Source of the DNA: an uncultured delta proteobacterium | GTDB lineage: Bacteria; Desulfobacterota; Binatia; JACPRU01 | Assembly: GCA_963745025.1 (NCBI GenBank) | Contig: CAVUWD010000011.1 | Location: forward strand, 96,001-160,000 | DNA: 64,000 nt | Reading direction: 5' to 3' | Shown here: piece by piece, positions 26,858 to 38,980 of the stretch | Position numbering within the stretch: the stretch's first letter is position 1 | Layout of the letters: each line of letters begins with the position of its first letter | Notes under the pieces: generated by a model | Databases searched by the model: none | What the model was told of the DNA's origin: nothing | What the model saw: only the letters and a program-made list of their open reading frames with translations | Position numbers and translations under genes: made by a program

Positions 26858-28464
26858 ATGTTCTCGATCCGCGGCAAATTGCTGATCTATGCGCTCGAGA
26901 TCGTCGCCGCCGCGATCCTGCTGCTATCGATGCCTCCCCAGGACTGGTGGGTGCAAGTGGGCTTCGCAGCGCTCGCGGTGAGCGCGGTGGTGCTGGCGGT
27001 CCTGATGGGTCACACGATCGCCAGGGCGGTCGACGACCTGGTCGCGTCGACGCGTCGGATCGGCGAGGGGGACTACGACGTTTCCGTGCCGATTCACACA
27101 TCCGACGAGATCAGCGTTCTCGCCCGCGAAATCGACCACATGCGTGTGCTGCTGCGCGACAAAGTCCGACAGCTCGAGGAGCTGAACCGCGACCTCGAAC
27201 GCAAGGTCGAGAGGCGAACCGAGGAGCTCCGCAACGCCAACGAGCGCCTGTCGCTCATCCACGAGGTCACCAACGCGGTGAATTCGAGTCTCGATTTTCC
27301 ACGCATTTTCGAGGCGGTCGTCGAGGGCACGCGGCGTCTGGTCGACTTCGACCAGGCCTCGATCGCGCGCATCACGGACGCTGAGACCGCAACGGTATTC
27401 GCCATGTCGGGCAGCCGCGAGGCACTGAGCGAAGGCAAAAAAATCCACTTGCCAGCCTCCCGGTTCTCCGACGTGCTCGAGCGCCGCCTGCCGGCCGTTT
27501 TCGACGTGCCGCTCGGCCGCGTCGAGGCCGACACTCTCAGGATGTCCGCGATCCGCCGCGAGATCGTCCTTCCCCTGGTCGTCGGCGATCAGGTGATCGG
27601 CACCTTCAACCTGGGAAGCCGCCGGCAGGACGCCTTCTCGCGTCCAGAGATCGAGGTGCTGTCGCAGATCGCCACGGAGCTAGGCGTGGCGCTCCTGCAA
27701 GCCGCGGCCTACGAACGGGAGCATCAAGCGGGGCAGAAGCTGAAGGAGCTCTCCGATCTCAAGTCCGAGTTCGTCTCCAAGGTCTCGCACGAGCTCCGCA
27801 CGCCGCTCACTTCGATCATGGGTGCGGCCGACAACTTGCTCGACGGCATCGCGGGGCCGCTCGACGAGCGGCCCCGCGCCTATCTCGCGCGCATCAAGGA
27901 GAACGGTGATCGGCTGCTGCGCTTGATCAACGAGCTGCTCGACCTGGCACGCATCGAGGCCGGCAAGGAGGAGATCCGCGCTACACGCTTCCGGCTCGAC
28001 TCGCTCATTCAAGAGACGCTCGAGACCCTCAAGCCGGTCGCAGATGAGCGCGGCGTAGCGCTGGCTGTCCCCGGGCCCCCGCCCCTCGTGATCCGCGCCG
28101 ACCGGGACAAGATCTCGCGCGTGCTGATCAATCTGATACACAACGGGATCAAGTTCACTCCCTCGGGAGGACGAGTCGAAATTCGTGCGAGCGACGAAGG
28201 CGATTGGGTGACGGTGGCGATCCACGACAGCGGCGTCGGGATTCCATCGGGAGAGATCGAACGGATCTTCGACAAGTTTCACCAGGTGAGAGGCGCGCGA
28301 GGCCGCGGCGCGGCGAGTAGCGGCCTCGGCCTGCCGATCAGCCGCCAGCTCGTCGAAATGCACGGAGGGCGCCTCACCGCCGAGAGCGGGGAGGGGCGAG
28401 GTAGCACTTTCACGATGGTGTTGCCGGTGTCGGCGCGGGCGAAGCCTCTGATCGAAGCGGAGAC

Positions 28465-28480
<16 letters not shown>
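26858..28480 (+). CDS. Sensor histidine kinase (2 TM-HAMP-GAF-HisKA-HATPase)
   Basis: HAMP (SDEISVLAREIDHM), GAF (LPLVVGDQVIGTF), VSHELRTPLTSI, NLIHNGIKFT, GLGLPIS. Confidence 0.93.
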
Positions 28481-29822
<1,342 letters not shown>

Positions 29823-29826
<4 letters not shown>

Positions 29827-31580
29827 CCCATCGCCCGCTGAGGCCGAGCGGGCTGGCGCTGCGTTGGGGAGCGCTGTGGGGCATGGCGCTCGGCTTCGGG
29901 TTGCTCGCGCCCCGGCTGCTCGCCTTCCATCGTCTGGCCCCGGCGGCGGCCCTCGAGTGGCTCGTTCTCGATCTCAGCCTCGCATCGCTGTTCGCGATCC
30001 TGGGGGCGCTTCTCGGCTTCTGCGGCTGCGCTCCGCTCGTGATCGGCGAAGTGGTCGGCCGGCGGCGGTTTGGCGATCGATCGCTCGCCTACGGGCTCGG
30101 CATCGCCTTCTTTGGACCCCTCGCCTACCTGGCAGCGGCGCTCGGCATCGAGGCGCTCACCCTGGTCTCGCCGATCGAGCTCGGTCGCTACCTTTCCGTC
30201 CTCCTTCCTTCGGCAGCGGCGCTGCTTGCCGCGGGTCCCGTCCTCATTCTCCTCTATCGCCGCCTCGCCGGCCGCGCAAAGGCGGAGGTTCTGCGCGACG
30301 TTCTGGTTGCCGCGACGCTCGCCGGCTTCGTCTTCCTGCCGCTTCGTGCGGGCCGCGCGCCGACGCCGGCCAGCCACGCCGCTACCGGGCTTTCCCCCGT
30401 TTCCGGCCAGCGCGCGGCGCCAGCACCTCTGCTGGTCGTAGGCATCGACGGGGGCAATTGGTCAACGCTGCAGTCGCTGCTCGATCGCGGCGAGCTGCCC
30501 ACGCTCGCGAGCATCGTCGATCGCGGAATCCGCGGCAGCGTCGCGGCCATCTGGCCACCCTACTGGTCGTCTCCGGGCTGGGCGGCGATCCTCACCGGCT
30601 TTCCCCGCGAGGAGACGGGGATCTATGAGGATCTCGCCGCGCGTGCGCCTGGCCTTCCCGAGTTTCAGGTCCCCCTGACGCTCGATTTCGCGCTCGAGCC
30701 TCTGACCGCCGGAGCCTTCGTCCTGGCGCAGGCGGGCATGATCGAGCTCGCCCAGCCGAGCCGCCGAGCGCTCGCGCAACCGCCTTTCTGGGAGCTCTTC
30801 GAGCGCTCGGGCCTGAAAACAGCGGTGGTGAGGTTCCCCTTCACCTCCCCCGCGAGCAACCGCTCCGGTTACATGATCGCGGATCGCGTCGGACGCGACA
30901 CATGGTCGCTGCTCGGCATACGCGGCGACGAGGGGCCGGAGGCCGTGTGGCCTCCAGCCGAGGCCACACGACTCCTCGCTTCTTTCTCGAAGCCGCTCGA
31001 CCCAGTGGGCTTCTCCGATCTCGTCCCGCGCCGCGGCCGGCCGCAGCCGCCAGACGCTCTCCGCGACCCGCTCGAAAGCCTCGAGATCGCGCTCGCGATC
31101 GATCAGCAGACGTTCGAAGCGTCCCAAACGATCGTCCGGGCGCATGCCGAGGTAGCGGTGGTGGCCGCCTATCTCGGCGGCCTCGACGGGATCTGCCACG
31201 CGTTCTGGCAGTACCGCTTCCCCCGTGAGTTTCCCGAGTCGCCGCCGGCGGCCCGTGACGTCGCCGAGCTCGGTGGGGTAATCGATCGATACTGGAAGTT
31301 CCTCGACGGCGGCCTCGGGCAGCTGATCGCCGCCTTTCCACGCCCGCCCAACGTCGTGGTGGTGGCTGACCACGGCATGGAATCGATCCACACGATGCGG
31401 CTGTGGAAAGGCTGGCACTCGTCGCGGGGCGGTATCTTCCTCGCTGCGGGGCCGGACGTCCCGCAGCGGAGGGACGAGGTGATCGTCTCGTACTTCGACA
31501 TCGTGCCGACCCTGGCCGACGTCATGGGATTCGCCGCGCCTGAGGCGATGCGTGGCAGGTCTTTGCTGCGTGGCCCCTGA
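29823..31580 (+). CDS. Membrane-anchored alkaline-phosphatase-superfamily (phosphodiesterase/NPP-like) protein
   Basis: About 5 N-terminal TMs, VVGIDGGNW, SSPGWAAILTG, LDGICHAFW, VVADHGM, DIVPTL. Confidence 0.82.
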
Positions 31581-31609
31581 CCGGTCGAGGTTTGCGCTTC
31601 GCCGCCTTC

Positions 31610-33010
31610 TCAGCGATACGTCACGATGTTCGAGACGACGAAGAAGAGGTTCCCGACCGCGTGACCCAGCAGCCCCGGTAGCAGAGTCCGGTACCGCTCG
31701 ATGCCGAAGGCGAGCACGAGCCCCGTCCAGAAGAGCGGCAGCGCGGCCGTGAGCGAGTAGAGATGAGCCTCCGCGAAGAGAGCGGCGCTCGCCACAGCGG
31801 CGACCGGCGGACGCACGATCTGCCGCAGCGTCAGGTAGACCAAGCCACGAAACGTCAGCTCTTCGGCGAAAGGTGCGAACAAGACCGCGTTCACGCTAGC
31901 CAAGAAAACTCGCGGCGGAGTGTCCGTGAGCGTCGGATCGAAGTAGAGGGCGCTGAGATCCGCGTCGGTTCCGAGATAGCTGAAGAATGCGTCGAGGGCC
32001 GCCCCGCCCAACCAGATGAGGGTCAGCAGACCGAGTGCCGTGCGCACGACTTGGGCGTGGGTCAGGCTCGAAGGCAGCAGCCGGAAGCCCTCGCCGAAGC
32101 GCTGCCAGGGACCGCCGGCCAGATGGCGGCGCGCCAGCCAGAGAAGCGGCAGAAACCAGAAGAGAGAAGCCCACAGGCACACGATCGACGCCGGCCCGCC
32201 GCAGCCGTATGACACGAAGATCGCCGTCAGAACGAGGCCCACGAACTCCGACCGTACGAAGACGCCGATGCCGTGATTCCACGCCCAAACGGCGACCGGC
32301 GACGTCGCCGCAATCCGCGGTCGCCATGCCGCATAGCGCGCTTCGAAAACCAGAGACAAGACACCCACGTAGAGCAGCGCCGCGGCGGCGAGCTCGAGCG
32401 CCACCAAGTGGCGCAGGCGAGCGCGCGCGGATCGTTCCGCCACCGTACGTCGACGCGCGACCTCGAGCTTGTCTCCGGCGGCCTCCAGAAGCTGGATCTC
32501 GAGCCGGGTTGCTGCCCATCCCGGCCGCAGCGGCTCGAGCGAGCGCGGAGGGAGAGCCGTGTCGCGCGAAGAATCGGTCGCTGTGGAGCGCATCGCCTCG
32601 CAGAATCCACAGGGCTCCGGCGCCCGCTCGAGGATCGCCCGCTCGCGATTGCTCTCCACGGTTCGGCCAGAATTGGCGAGCAAGAACGCCAAGTGAGCGC
32701 GGAGGGTTCGCGCTTCGCGCGGTCGAGCGAGTTCTTCCAGGCGATCGATCGCCCGATAGTAGACCTGGACACCGCGCCGACGAGCCTTCTCGGGCGAGTC
32801 CGCGGGCAGGCTGAGAAAACCCCACGGGCCGTCCTTGGCAGCTTTCGCCGCGTCGGCGATCTCGACGTTTCGCTCGACCATGCGGATGGTCGGACCCACT
32901 TGGTCGAGAGTCCAGTCTATCGAGCCCTCTCGGGACGCCCGCCACGCCATCACCCCGACCACGACCAAGGCGAGCAGGATCGTCGCACGATCCGAGAGCG
33001 GCCGTTTCAC
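31610..33010 (-). CDS. CPBP/Abi (CAAX-protease-like) intramembrane metalloprotease with N-terminal extracytoplasmic domain
   Basis: APFAEELTFRG, LFAEAH and HAVGN motifs; multiple TMs; last gene of the tad-strand run. Confidence 0.85.
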   Translation of the reverse strand: MKRPLSDRATILLALVVVGVMAWRASREGSIDWTLDQVGPTIRMVERNVEIADAAKAAKDGPWGFLSLPADSPEKARRRGVQVYYRAIDRLEELARPREARTLRAHLAFLLANSGRTVESNRERAILERAPEPCGFCEAMRSTATDSSRDTALPPRSLEPLRPGWAATRLEIQLLEAAGDKLEVARRRTVAERSARARLRHLVALELAAAALLYVGVLSLVFEARYAAWRPRIAATSPVAVWAWNHGIGVFVRSEFVGLVLTAIFVSYGCGGPASIVCLWASLFWFLPLLWLARRHLAGGPWQRFGEGFRLLPSSLTHAQVVRTALGLLTLIWLGGAALDAFFSYLGTDADLSALYFDPTLTDTPPRVFLASVNAVLFAPFAEELTFRGLVYLTLRQIVRPPVAAVASAALFAEAHLYSLTAALPLFWTGLVLAFGIERYRTLLPGLLGHAVGNLFFVVSNIVTYR

Positions 33011-33029
33011 CTCGGCTCTACGGTCCTCG

Positions 33030-34427
33030 CTAGGCGCGGCGATCCTTGCCGCTCACCTGAAACCAGGCGTTGTCGAAAGGCACCTTGCGTTCGAGCAGCA
33101 GCTCACGGCTCTTCGGCACGTAGCCGGTGGCGCGAAACACGGCGTCCTTGCCGACCCCGTCCAAGCGAAAGAGCTCTCCCATCGTGAACTGGTCGCCCTC
33201 GAGCCCGGTCAGCTCGGCGATCGACGTGACGCGCCGGCTGCCGTCCCGTAAACGGCTCAATTGCACGATCAGGCGGATGGCGCTCACCACCTGCTCGCGG
33301 ATCGCGCGCTGCGGGAGATCGGTGCCCGCGAATAGCACCAACGTCTCGAGGCGGCTGAGGGCCTCGCGCGTGGAGTTGGCGTGAATCGTCGACAAGCTCC
33401 CCTCGTGGCCAGTATTCATCGCCTGAAGCATGTCGAGGGCCTCGCCGCCGCGGACTTCACCAATGACGATTCGCTCCGGCCGCATGCGCAGGGCGTTGCG
33501 GACCAAGTCACGAATCGTCACGGCCCCCTCGCCGCCCGGGTCGGGCGGCCGCGCCTCGAGCGGCACGACGTGACGCTGCGGAAGTCGCAGCTCGGCGGCA
33601 TCTTCGATCGTGATGATCCGCTCTTCGGGACCGATGAAGCCGGCGAGCGCGCCCAAGAGCGTCGTCTTTCCCGAGCCGGTGCCGCCGGAGATCAGCATCG
33701 AGAGCCGTCCGGTGACCGCCGAGCGCAGAAATTCCAGCATCGGGCGGCTGAGCGCGCCGATCGACACGAGCTGCTCGGCGGACAGCCGATGGCGGGGAAA
33801 ACGGCGGACCGTCAGGCACGCGCCGCGGAGCGAGAGCGGCGGCATGATCGCGTTGATTCGCGAGCCGTCGCGTAACCGTGCGTCGAGCATCGGGCTGCGC
33901 GGGTCGATCTCGCGCCCCACCGCGGCCGCCATCGCGACGATCAGATCCGTGAGCTCCTTCTCCGAACCGAACGTCACCTCGCTCAGCTCGATCCGGCCGC
34001 CCCGTTCGATGAAGACCTCGTGCGGGCCGTTGACCATGACCTCGCTGATCGTTTCGTCGGCGAAGAGCGGTTCGAGGCGCCCCAGGTCGAACCCGAGAGA
34101 CGCTGGCCCGGCCGGCGGAGGAGCGGGGCTCGCTTCTGCCGCAGGGGCGACCCGCTGGAGCGTGAACGGCCCGATGCACAAATCCTCCCCCGGAGGGAAT
34201 TCGACGCGACCGGTCACCGGCCTTCCGCCGAGGGTCGAGCCATTGGTACTGTCCAGGTCTTCGACGAAGACCTTGCCGTTCTCGACGCTCAGTCGCGCGT
34301 GGCGGCGGGAAACCTTGGAGTCCTGCAAGACGACGTCGCAGTCGGCATGCTTGCCGAAGAAGATCTCGGGCCGGTCGATCTCGACCCGCTGCGGCTCCTC
34401 GCCCTCGCGCCGAATCGTGAGGATCAC
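33030..34427 (-). CDS. cpaF: FHA-domain TadA/CpaF pilus ATPase (copy 3, short N-domain)
   Basis: FHA (FGKH...VSRRHARL...DSTNG), [39 protein letters not shown]. Confidence 0.93.
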   Translation of the reverse strand: MILTIRREGEEPQRVEIDRPEIFFGKHADCDVVLQDSKVSRRHARLSVENGKVFVEDLDSTNGSTLGGRPVTGRVEFPPGEDLCIGPFTLQRVAPAAEASPAPPPAGPASLGFDLGRLEPLFADETISEVMVNGPHEVFIERGGRIELSEVTFGSEKELTDLIVAMAAAVGREIDPRSPMLDARLRDGSRINAIMPPLSLRGACLTVRRFPRHRLSAEQLVSIGALSRPMLEFLRSAVTGRLSMLISGGTGSGKTTLLGALAGFIGPEERIITIEDAAELRLPQRHVVPLEARPPDPGGEGAVTIRDLVRNALRMRPERIVIGEVRGGEALDMLQAMNTGHEGSLSTIHANSTREALSRLETLVLFAGTDLPQRAIREQVVSAIRLIVQLSRLRDGSRRVTSIAELTGLEGDQFTMGELFRLDGVGKDAVFRATGYVPKSRELLLERKVPFDNAWFQVSGKDRRA

Positions 34428-34433
34428 GCCGCC

Positions 34434-35933
34434 CTACCGCACCGCTTTCTGCGGCTGTACCGTGAGCGCGCGGTCGCGGTAACGGGCGGGAACTTTGTCC
34501 ATGTCGTCGAGAACGACCGTCCGCCCGTTGTCATCCTTGTAGATGATGAGCAGCGTATCGGTGCCCGCCATTCCCGCCTTCAGGTGCGCTTCGGTTTCGC
34601 GCAGGCGTGCCTCGATGTCCGGATCCTGGCCTTCCGCGGCTCGCGAAGCTTTGCGGTAATTCTCGAGCGCCACCCAGAGGTCCCCACCGTCGCGGGCCTG
34701 GTCGCCGCGGTCGACGTAGTACGAGAGCGCCTTCTGAACGCGGTCGCGCGCCGCTGGGCTCAACGGGTCGATCTTCAGCGCCTCGCGATAACGCAGCAGC
34801 GCATTGTTACCGGCGGGCTCGACGACCTGGCCCTTCTGGTAGAGCTCGTCGCCCCTCGCGATGGCCGCGTTCACCTGGTCCTCGAGCGCCTTCCGCTTCG
34901 CCAGCTCGGTCCGGCGCTGTTCCTCCTCCCGTGCGCGACGCTGCTTGTCGCGCTCGAGGTCGATCGTTTTCATCCCTGCGAGCGCCTTCTCGTTTCCGGG
35001 GTCGAGCGCCAGGACCTCGTTGAACTTCGCGAAGGCGTTCTCGGCGTCGGGTTGATCCGTCGGCGCAAACAGCCGTCCCTCCTTCATCAAGACCTCGCCG
35101 GCGGCGAGCAACGCATCGACCTGCTTCCTGCGCTGCTCCTGTGAGCTCGTCTTGGGAGACGGCGGCTGAACCACGACCTTTTGCGGAGCACCGCTCGGCC
35201 AAAGGAGCAGAGCGAGCACGACGACCACGATCCCGCCGATCGCGAGGTAGAGGCGGCGCTCGGGCGCGAGCAAGCGAGTGAGCGCGGAAGCGGCGAACTC
35301 CTCGTCGGAGAACTCGGAAGAAAAGACTTCGCCGCTGCGCACCAACCGCAGCACGATGTCGCCGATCTTCACGAGATCGCCGACTCTCATCTTCGCGGAG
35401 CTCACCGTGCGGCCTCCGGAAAAAGCGATCGATCCTGCGGCGCCGAGGTTTTGGATCTCGAAATCGTCGCCGCGCCGGGTGAGCTTCGCGTGTGCCCCTT
35501 CGATGCCCGCAATCACGATGTGGCACGTCGGATTCGAGCCGATCAGCGCACCGTCTTCGGGAATCACGAAGCGCCGCCCGCGGCTCTGACCGGAGAGACA
35601 CACGATCTCGTAACCACTCGCCGCGGTCGGAGCGGCTTCGGCCGTCCCCGTCGCGCGGACCATCGTACGTTCACCCTCCGTCGCTCCGCTGGAGGGCGCA
35701 CCCCCCCGCCGAGGGGCGACGAGCGTCTTGTCTGCGTCGGCAGCGGGAGCCGGGGCGGTCGGCGTCTTTGGCGGCCGAGTCATGACGACCGTCTTGTCGC
35801 CCGCAGCGGGCGCCTCGGTGGGGCGGGCGCCGGCCGTTTGCGCCGGGTCGGATGCCGAAGACGGCCCGGGCCTCGGAATGTCGACTTTCGTCTTGTCCGG
35901 ATCGAAGTCCGGCGCCTTCTTCTCGTCTGCCAA
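34434..35933 (-). CDS. Bitopic protein: disordered Thr-motif N-terminus, degenerate FHA domain, TM, TPR-like periplasmic region
   Basis: Four (D/E)(K/R)TxV motifs, GRRFVI...LIGS...HAKL...GDLVKIG FHA-like fold, TM LYLAIGGIVVVVLALLLW, VLALDPGNEKA and ALKIDPLSPAA TPR-like repeats, C-terminal YKDDNG (DUF4124-like). Confidence 0.75.
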   Translation of the reverse strand: MADEKKAPDFDPDKTKVDIPRPGPSSASDPAQTAGARPTEAPAAGDKTVVMTRPPKTPTAPAPAADADKTLVAPRRGGAPSSGATEGERTMVRATGTAEAAPTAASGYEIVCLSGQSRGRRFVIPEDGALIGSNPTCHIVIAGIEGAHAKLTRRGDDFEIQNLGAAGSIAFSGGRTVSSAKMRVGDLVKIGDIVLRLVRSGEVFSSEFSDEEFAASALTRLLAPERRLYLAIGGIVVVVLALLLWPSGAPQKVVVQPPSPKTSSQEQRRKQVDALLAAGEVLMKEGRLFAPTDQPDAENAFAKFNEVLALDPGNEKALAGMKTIDLERDKQRRAREEEQRRTELAKRKALEDQVNAAIARGDELYQKGQVVEPAGNNALLRYREALKIDPLSPAARDRVQKALSYYVDRGDQARDGGDLWVALENYRKASRAAEGQDPDIEARLRETEAHLKAGMAGTDTLLIIYKDDNGRTVVLDDMDKVPARYRDRALTVQPQKAVR

Positions 35934-35977
35934 AACGATTCTCCTCGCGATCGGCTGCGAACCGCCCCCGAGCGCAA

Positions 35978-37555
35978 TCAGTGTTCTACGTGCTTTTGCT
36001 CGAGGGCTTCTCTTGCGCCCGGTCGCTTCGCGAGCTCGACGAGCGACGGCGGCAGGACGAGGCCGGCGAGCTCGATCTCCTCCAGAAAGGTCGGCAGATT
36101 TCCAACCGCTCGGTGCTCTCCGACAATGCGATCTTTGTCGGTGCCGGTGCGGACGAAGCGGTAGATGTCCTGCACCCGGTATCGTCCCTCGGGCGAGAGT
36201 TCCAGCACCTCCGAAATGTGCGTGATCTTACGCGTACCGTCCGGCAGCCGCGCCGCTTGGATGATGAGGTCGATCGCCGTCGAGACCTGCTCGCGGATCG
36301 CCACGATCGGCAAATCGAGACCCGAGAACAGCGTCAACGTCTCGAGCCGCGACAGTGTCTGGAGCGGCGACGAAGCGTGAATCGTCGCGAGCGAGCCGGA
36401 GTGGCCGGTGTTCATCGCCTGCAGGAGATCGAGCGCCTCGCCGCCGCGCACTTCGCCGACGACGATGCGATCGGGCCGCAGACGCAGAGAGGCTTTGACG
36501 AGGTCGCGTAGGGTCACCTCGCCCTTCCCGTGCTTGTCCGGCGGCTTGGCTTCCAGGGGCAATACGTGCTCTTGCTGGAGCTGGAGCTCCGCGGAGTCCT
36601 CGATCACGAGGATCCGTTGATCGTTCGGGATCAGCGCCGAGACCACGTTCAGAAGACTCGTCTTTCCCGAGCTCGTGCCCCCCGACACGATGATGTTCTT
36701 GCGGAGCTTCACGCAGATATCGAGAAAGGAGACGATTTCCTCGCTGAGCGAGCCGAAGCGGATGAGATCCGTCAGCGTCAGGCGCTCCTTGGAGAACTTG
36801 CGGATCGAGATGCACGGCCCTTTTCGCGAGCACGGCGGCAGCACGACCGCGACGCGCGATCCGTCGGGCAGGCGCGCGTCCATGTACGGGGTCTCCTCGT
36901 TCACCCGCTTGCCGACGTACTGCGCGATGTTCATGACCGCCGCGCGCAGCCCTTCCTCAGCAAAATGGACGGGCGCCCGCTCGAGCCTTCCCTTGCGCTC
37001 GATGAAGATCTCTCGCGGTCCGTTGACCAGGATTTCCGAGACCGCGGCGTCGTCGACGTACGGCCAGACCGGAGCCAGGAAGCTCTGCATCGAGGCCCAG
37101 AACATCTTCGCCTTCTTGGCCTCGTCGGTCTCAGTGTCCTTGCCGTCGGCTTTCGGGGCGGCCTCCACTTTCGCGGAGGAGGGCGCTGCGGTGAGGGACG
37201 AGCCGTCGGACTTCTTGTTCTTCGCCGGTTCTGCCGCCGGCACGGCTGCCGTCGCCTTCTTCGCCTCCGCGATTTCGACCCGCACCTCGAAGTCGCCGAT
37301 TTGAATGACGTCTCCCGCGCGGACCGGCTGAAGTCCCGAAACCGGCGCTCCTCCGAGATAGGTGCCGTTGGTGCTCTTCAGATCCTCGACGAGAAAGCCG
37401 CCATTCTCCTCGACGAGGCGGGCATGACGGCGCGACACCTTGGCGCTGGCCAGAACGACGTCGCAATCCGAATGTTTTCCGAGAAACACCTCGGGCTTCG
37501 GGATCTCGACCCGGCGGGGCTCCGGGTTCTTCGGGTCTGACACGAGTAGAATCAT
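35978..37555 (-). CDS. cpaF: FHA-domain TadA/CpaF pilus ATPase (copy 2)
   Basis: FHA (LGKH...VSRRHARL...KSTNGT), GGTSSGKTS, IEDSAEL, LRLRPDRIVVGEVRGGE, NTGHSG. Confidence 0.93.
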   Translation of the reverse strand: MILLVSDPKNPEPRRVEIPKPEVFLGKHSDCDVVLASAKVSRRHARLVEENGGFLVEDLKSTNGTYLGGAPVSGLQPVRAGDVIQIGDFEVRVEIAEAKKATAAVPAAEPAKNKKSDGSSLTAAPSSAKVEAAPKADGKDTETDEAKKAKMFWASMQSFLAPVWPYVDDAAVSEILVNGPREIFIERKGRLERAPVHFAEEGLRAAVMNIAQYVGKRVNEETPYMDARLPDGSRVAVVLPPCSRKGPCISIRKFSKERLTLTDLIRFGSLSEEIVSFLDICVKLRKNIIVSGGTSSGKTSLLNVVSALIPNDQRILVIEDSAELQLQQEHVLPLEAKPPDKHGKGEVTLRDLVKASLRLRPDRIVVGEVRGGEALDLLQAMNTGHSGSLATIHASSPLQTLSRLETLTLFSGLDLPIVAIREQVSTAIDLIIQAARLPDGTRKITHISEVLELSPEGRYRVQDIYRFVRTGTDKDRIVGEHRAVGNLPTFLEEIELAGLVLPPSLVELAKRPGAREALEQKHVEH

Positions 37556-38964
37556 CGTAGGCGCCCTAGCTCCTCGAGCGTTGCATTATACGCGGCCAGC
37601 GCCCCTCCTCCCAACCGCTGGACCCGGCTTTGGATGATTCGATAGCGGGGATCGGTCGGCTCTGGAAACGTCTTCGCGGCGATGGCCAGTGCGCGACCCT
37701 GCTCGGCTGCCGCTCCTTGCTTGCCCGCGAGCGTGGCCGCGTTCAGCTGCATACGCAAGTCGCGCTCGAGATCCTGCGCGAGCGATTGCATCGCTTTAGT
37801 GACCGCCACAAGGGCCTTTGCGGCTTGGCCCGCGTCCACGTCGGCGCGCGCGGCATCGATCAGCTCGCCGAGCTTCTGCTGCTGGGAAGGGACGGTGGTC
37901 TCAGGGAGAGGGATGAGGAGGAAGCTTTTTCCCGACGTCTTCATGAGACCGAAGGCGGAAACGCGGAGTGAACTCAATAGGTTATAGCGGTTCGAGAGAT
38001 CGTACTGCAGGCGATCGGAGATCGTGCGCTGGGCGGCGAGGTCGTCGGAGAGCTGCGCGGGAGAGGACGCGGCGGTGGGCAGACGCACCATCCACATGCT
38101 TCCCAGCCCCCACGACTTGACGCTCTTCGGGTCGACGCTACCATCGCTCGGCGCGTAGCCGAGGTTGTCGAACGTCAGGAGGAGGGTCGCGTCTTGACCG
38201 AAAGCCTTCGGGAGCAAGAGCAGCTCGTACGATTGCTGCTTCCCGTCCTTCGGCAGCGTCGCAACTGCCCGGTCTCCGACACGAATCTCGACGCCCGACG
38301 GCGCCATGACCGTGAAGTCGATCGCGAGACCGTCGAGCTGGGCGGGAACCGCGAAGACGGCTTTATCGAGGTGGCTTCGGTCCCGCGGCAGGTACCCGAA
38401 GACCGCGTCGTAATTGACGCTCAATCGCCCACTCGCCTGCGGAGGCAGCTGCTCCGCCTCGGGCCACAGTAGGATCGCCGCGGCGACCACGAGGACGGCG
38501 ACAAGCAGAAGTTGGCTGCGACGCGATCCGAGTCCGACCTTCCCGAGCAGCCCGCCTGCCGGCGCCGGCTTCGCACCCGGTGACTTCTGGGCCTTTGCGG
38601 CCGCCTCGCGCTCGACCGCCCGCTTCTGCGCTCCCTTTTTGGCCACGATCTCGAAGCGCAGAATCGTATTGCCGATCTTGAACTCGTCTCCCGAGGCGAG
38701 CGGCTCGGCATTCGCGCCTACTTTGAAACCCATCTTCTCGACGCCGGTACTGCTGCCGGCATCGGCGAGCCAGCATCCGTCAGCGCGGATGTCGATCCGG
38801 GCGTGGTGACGCGAGACCGTGGGATCGCTGATCACGATGTCATTGTCCACCGCGCGGCCGACGCCGATCGAACGAACGCCTGGCTTGAACGGGATTTTCG
38901 AACCGGGGTTCGCTCCCTTCACCACCGAGACGCGGAATTCTTCCAGATCCTCGAACGCGAGCAT
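37552..38964 (-). CDS. FHA-domain bitopic membrane protein with large periplasmic domain
   Basis: VGRAVDNDIVISDPTVSRHHARI...GDEFKIG; TM LLLVAVLVVAAAILLW. Confidence 0.82.
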   Translation of the reverse strand: MLAFEDLEEFRVSVVKGANPGSKIPFKPGVRSIGVGRAVDNDIVISDPTVSRHHARIDIRADGCWLADAGSSTGVEKMGFKVGANAEPLASGDEFKIGNTILRFEIVAKKGAQKRAVEREAAAKAQKSPGAKPAPAGGLLGKVGLGSRRSQLLLVAVLVVAAAILLWPEAEQLPPQASGRLSVNYDAVFGYLPRDRSHLDKAVFAVPAQLDGLAIDFTVMAPSGVEIRVGDRAVATLPKDGKQQSYELLLLPKAFGQDATLLLTFDNLGYAPSDGSVDPKSVKSWGLGSMWMVRLPTAASSPAQLSDDLAAQRTISDRLQYDLSNRYNLLSSLRVSAFGLMKTSGKSFLLIPLPETTVPSQQQKLGELIDAARADVDAGQAAKALVAVTKAMQSLAQDLERDLRMQLNAATLAGKQGAAAEQGRALAIAAKTFPEPTDPRYRIIQSRVQRLGGGALAAYNATLEELGRLR

Positions 38965-38980
38965 CCTCTCCCCGCTACGC

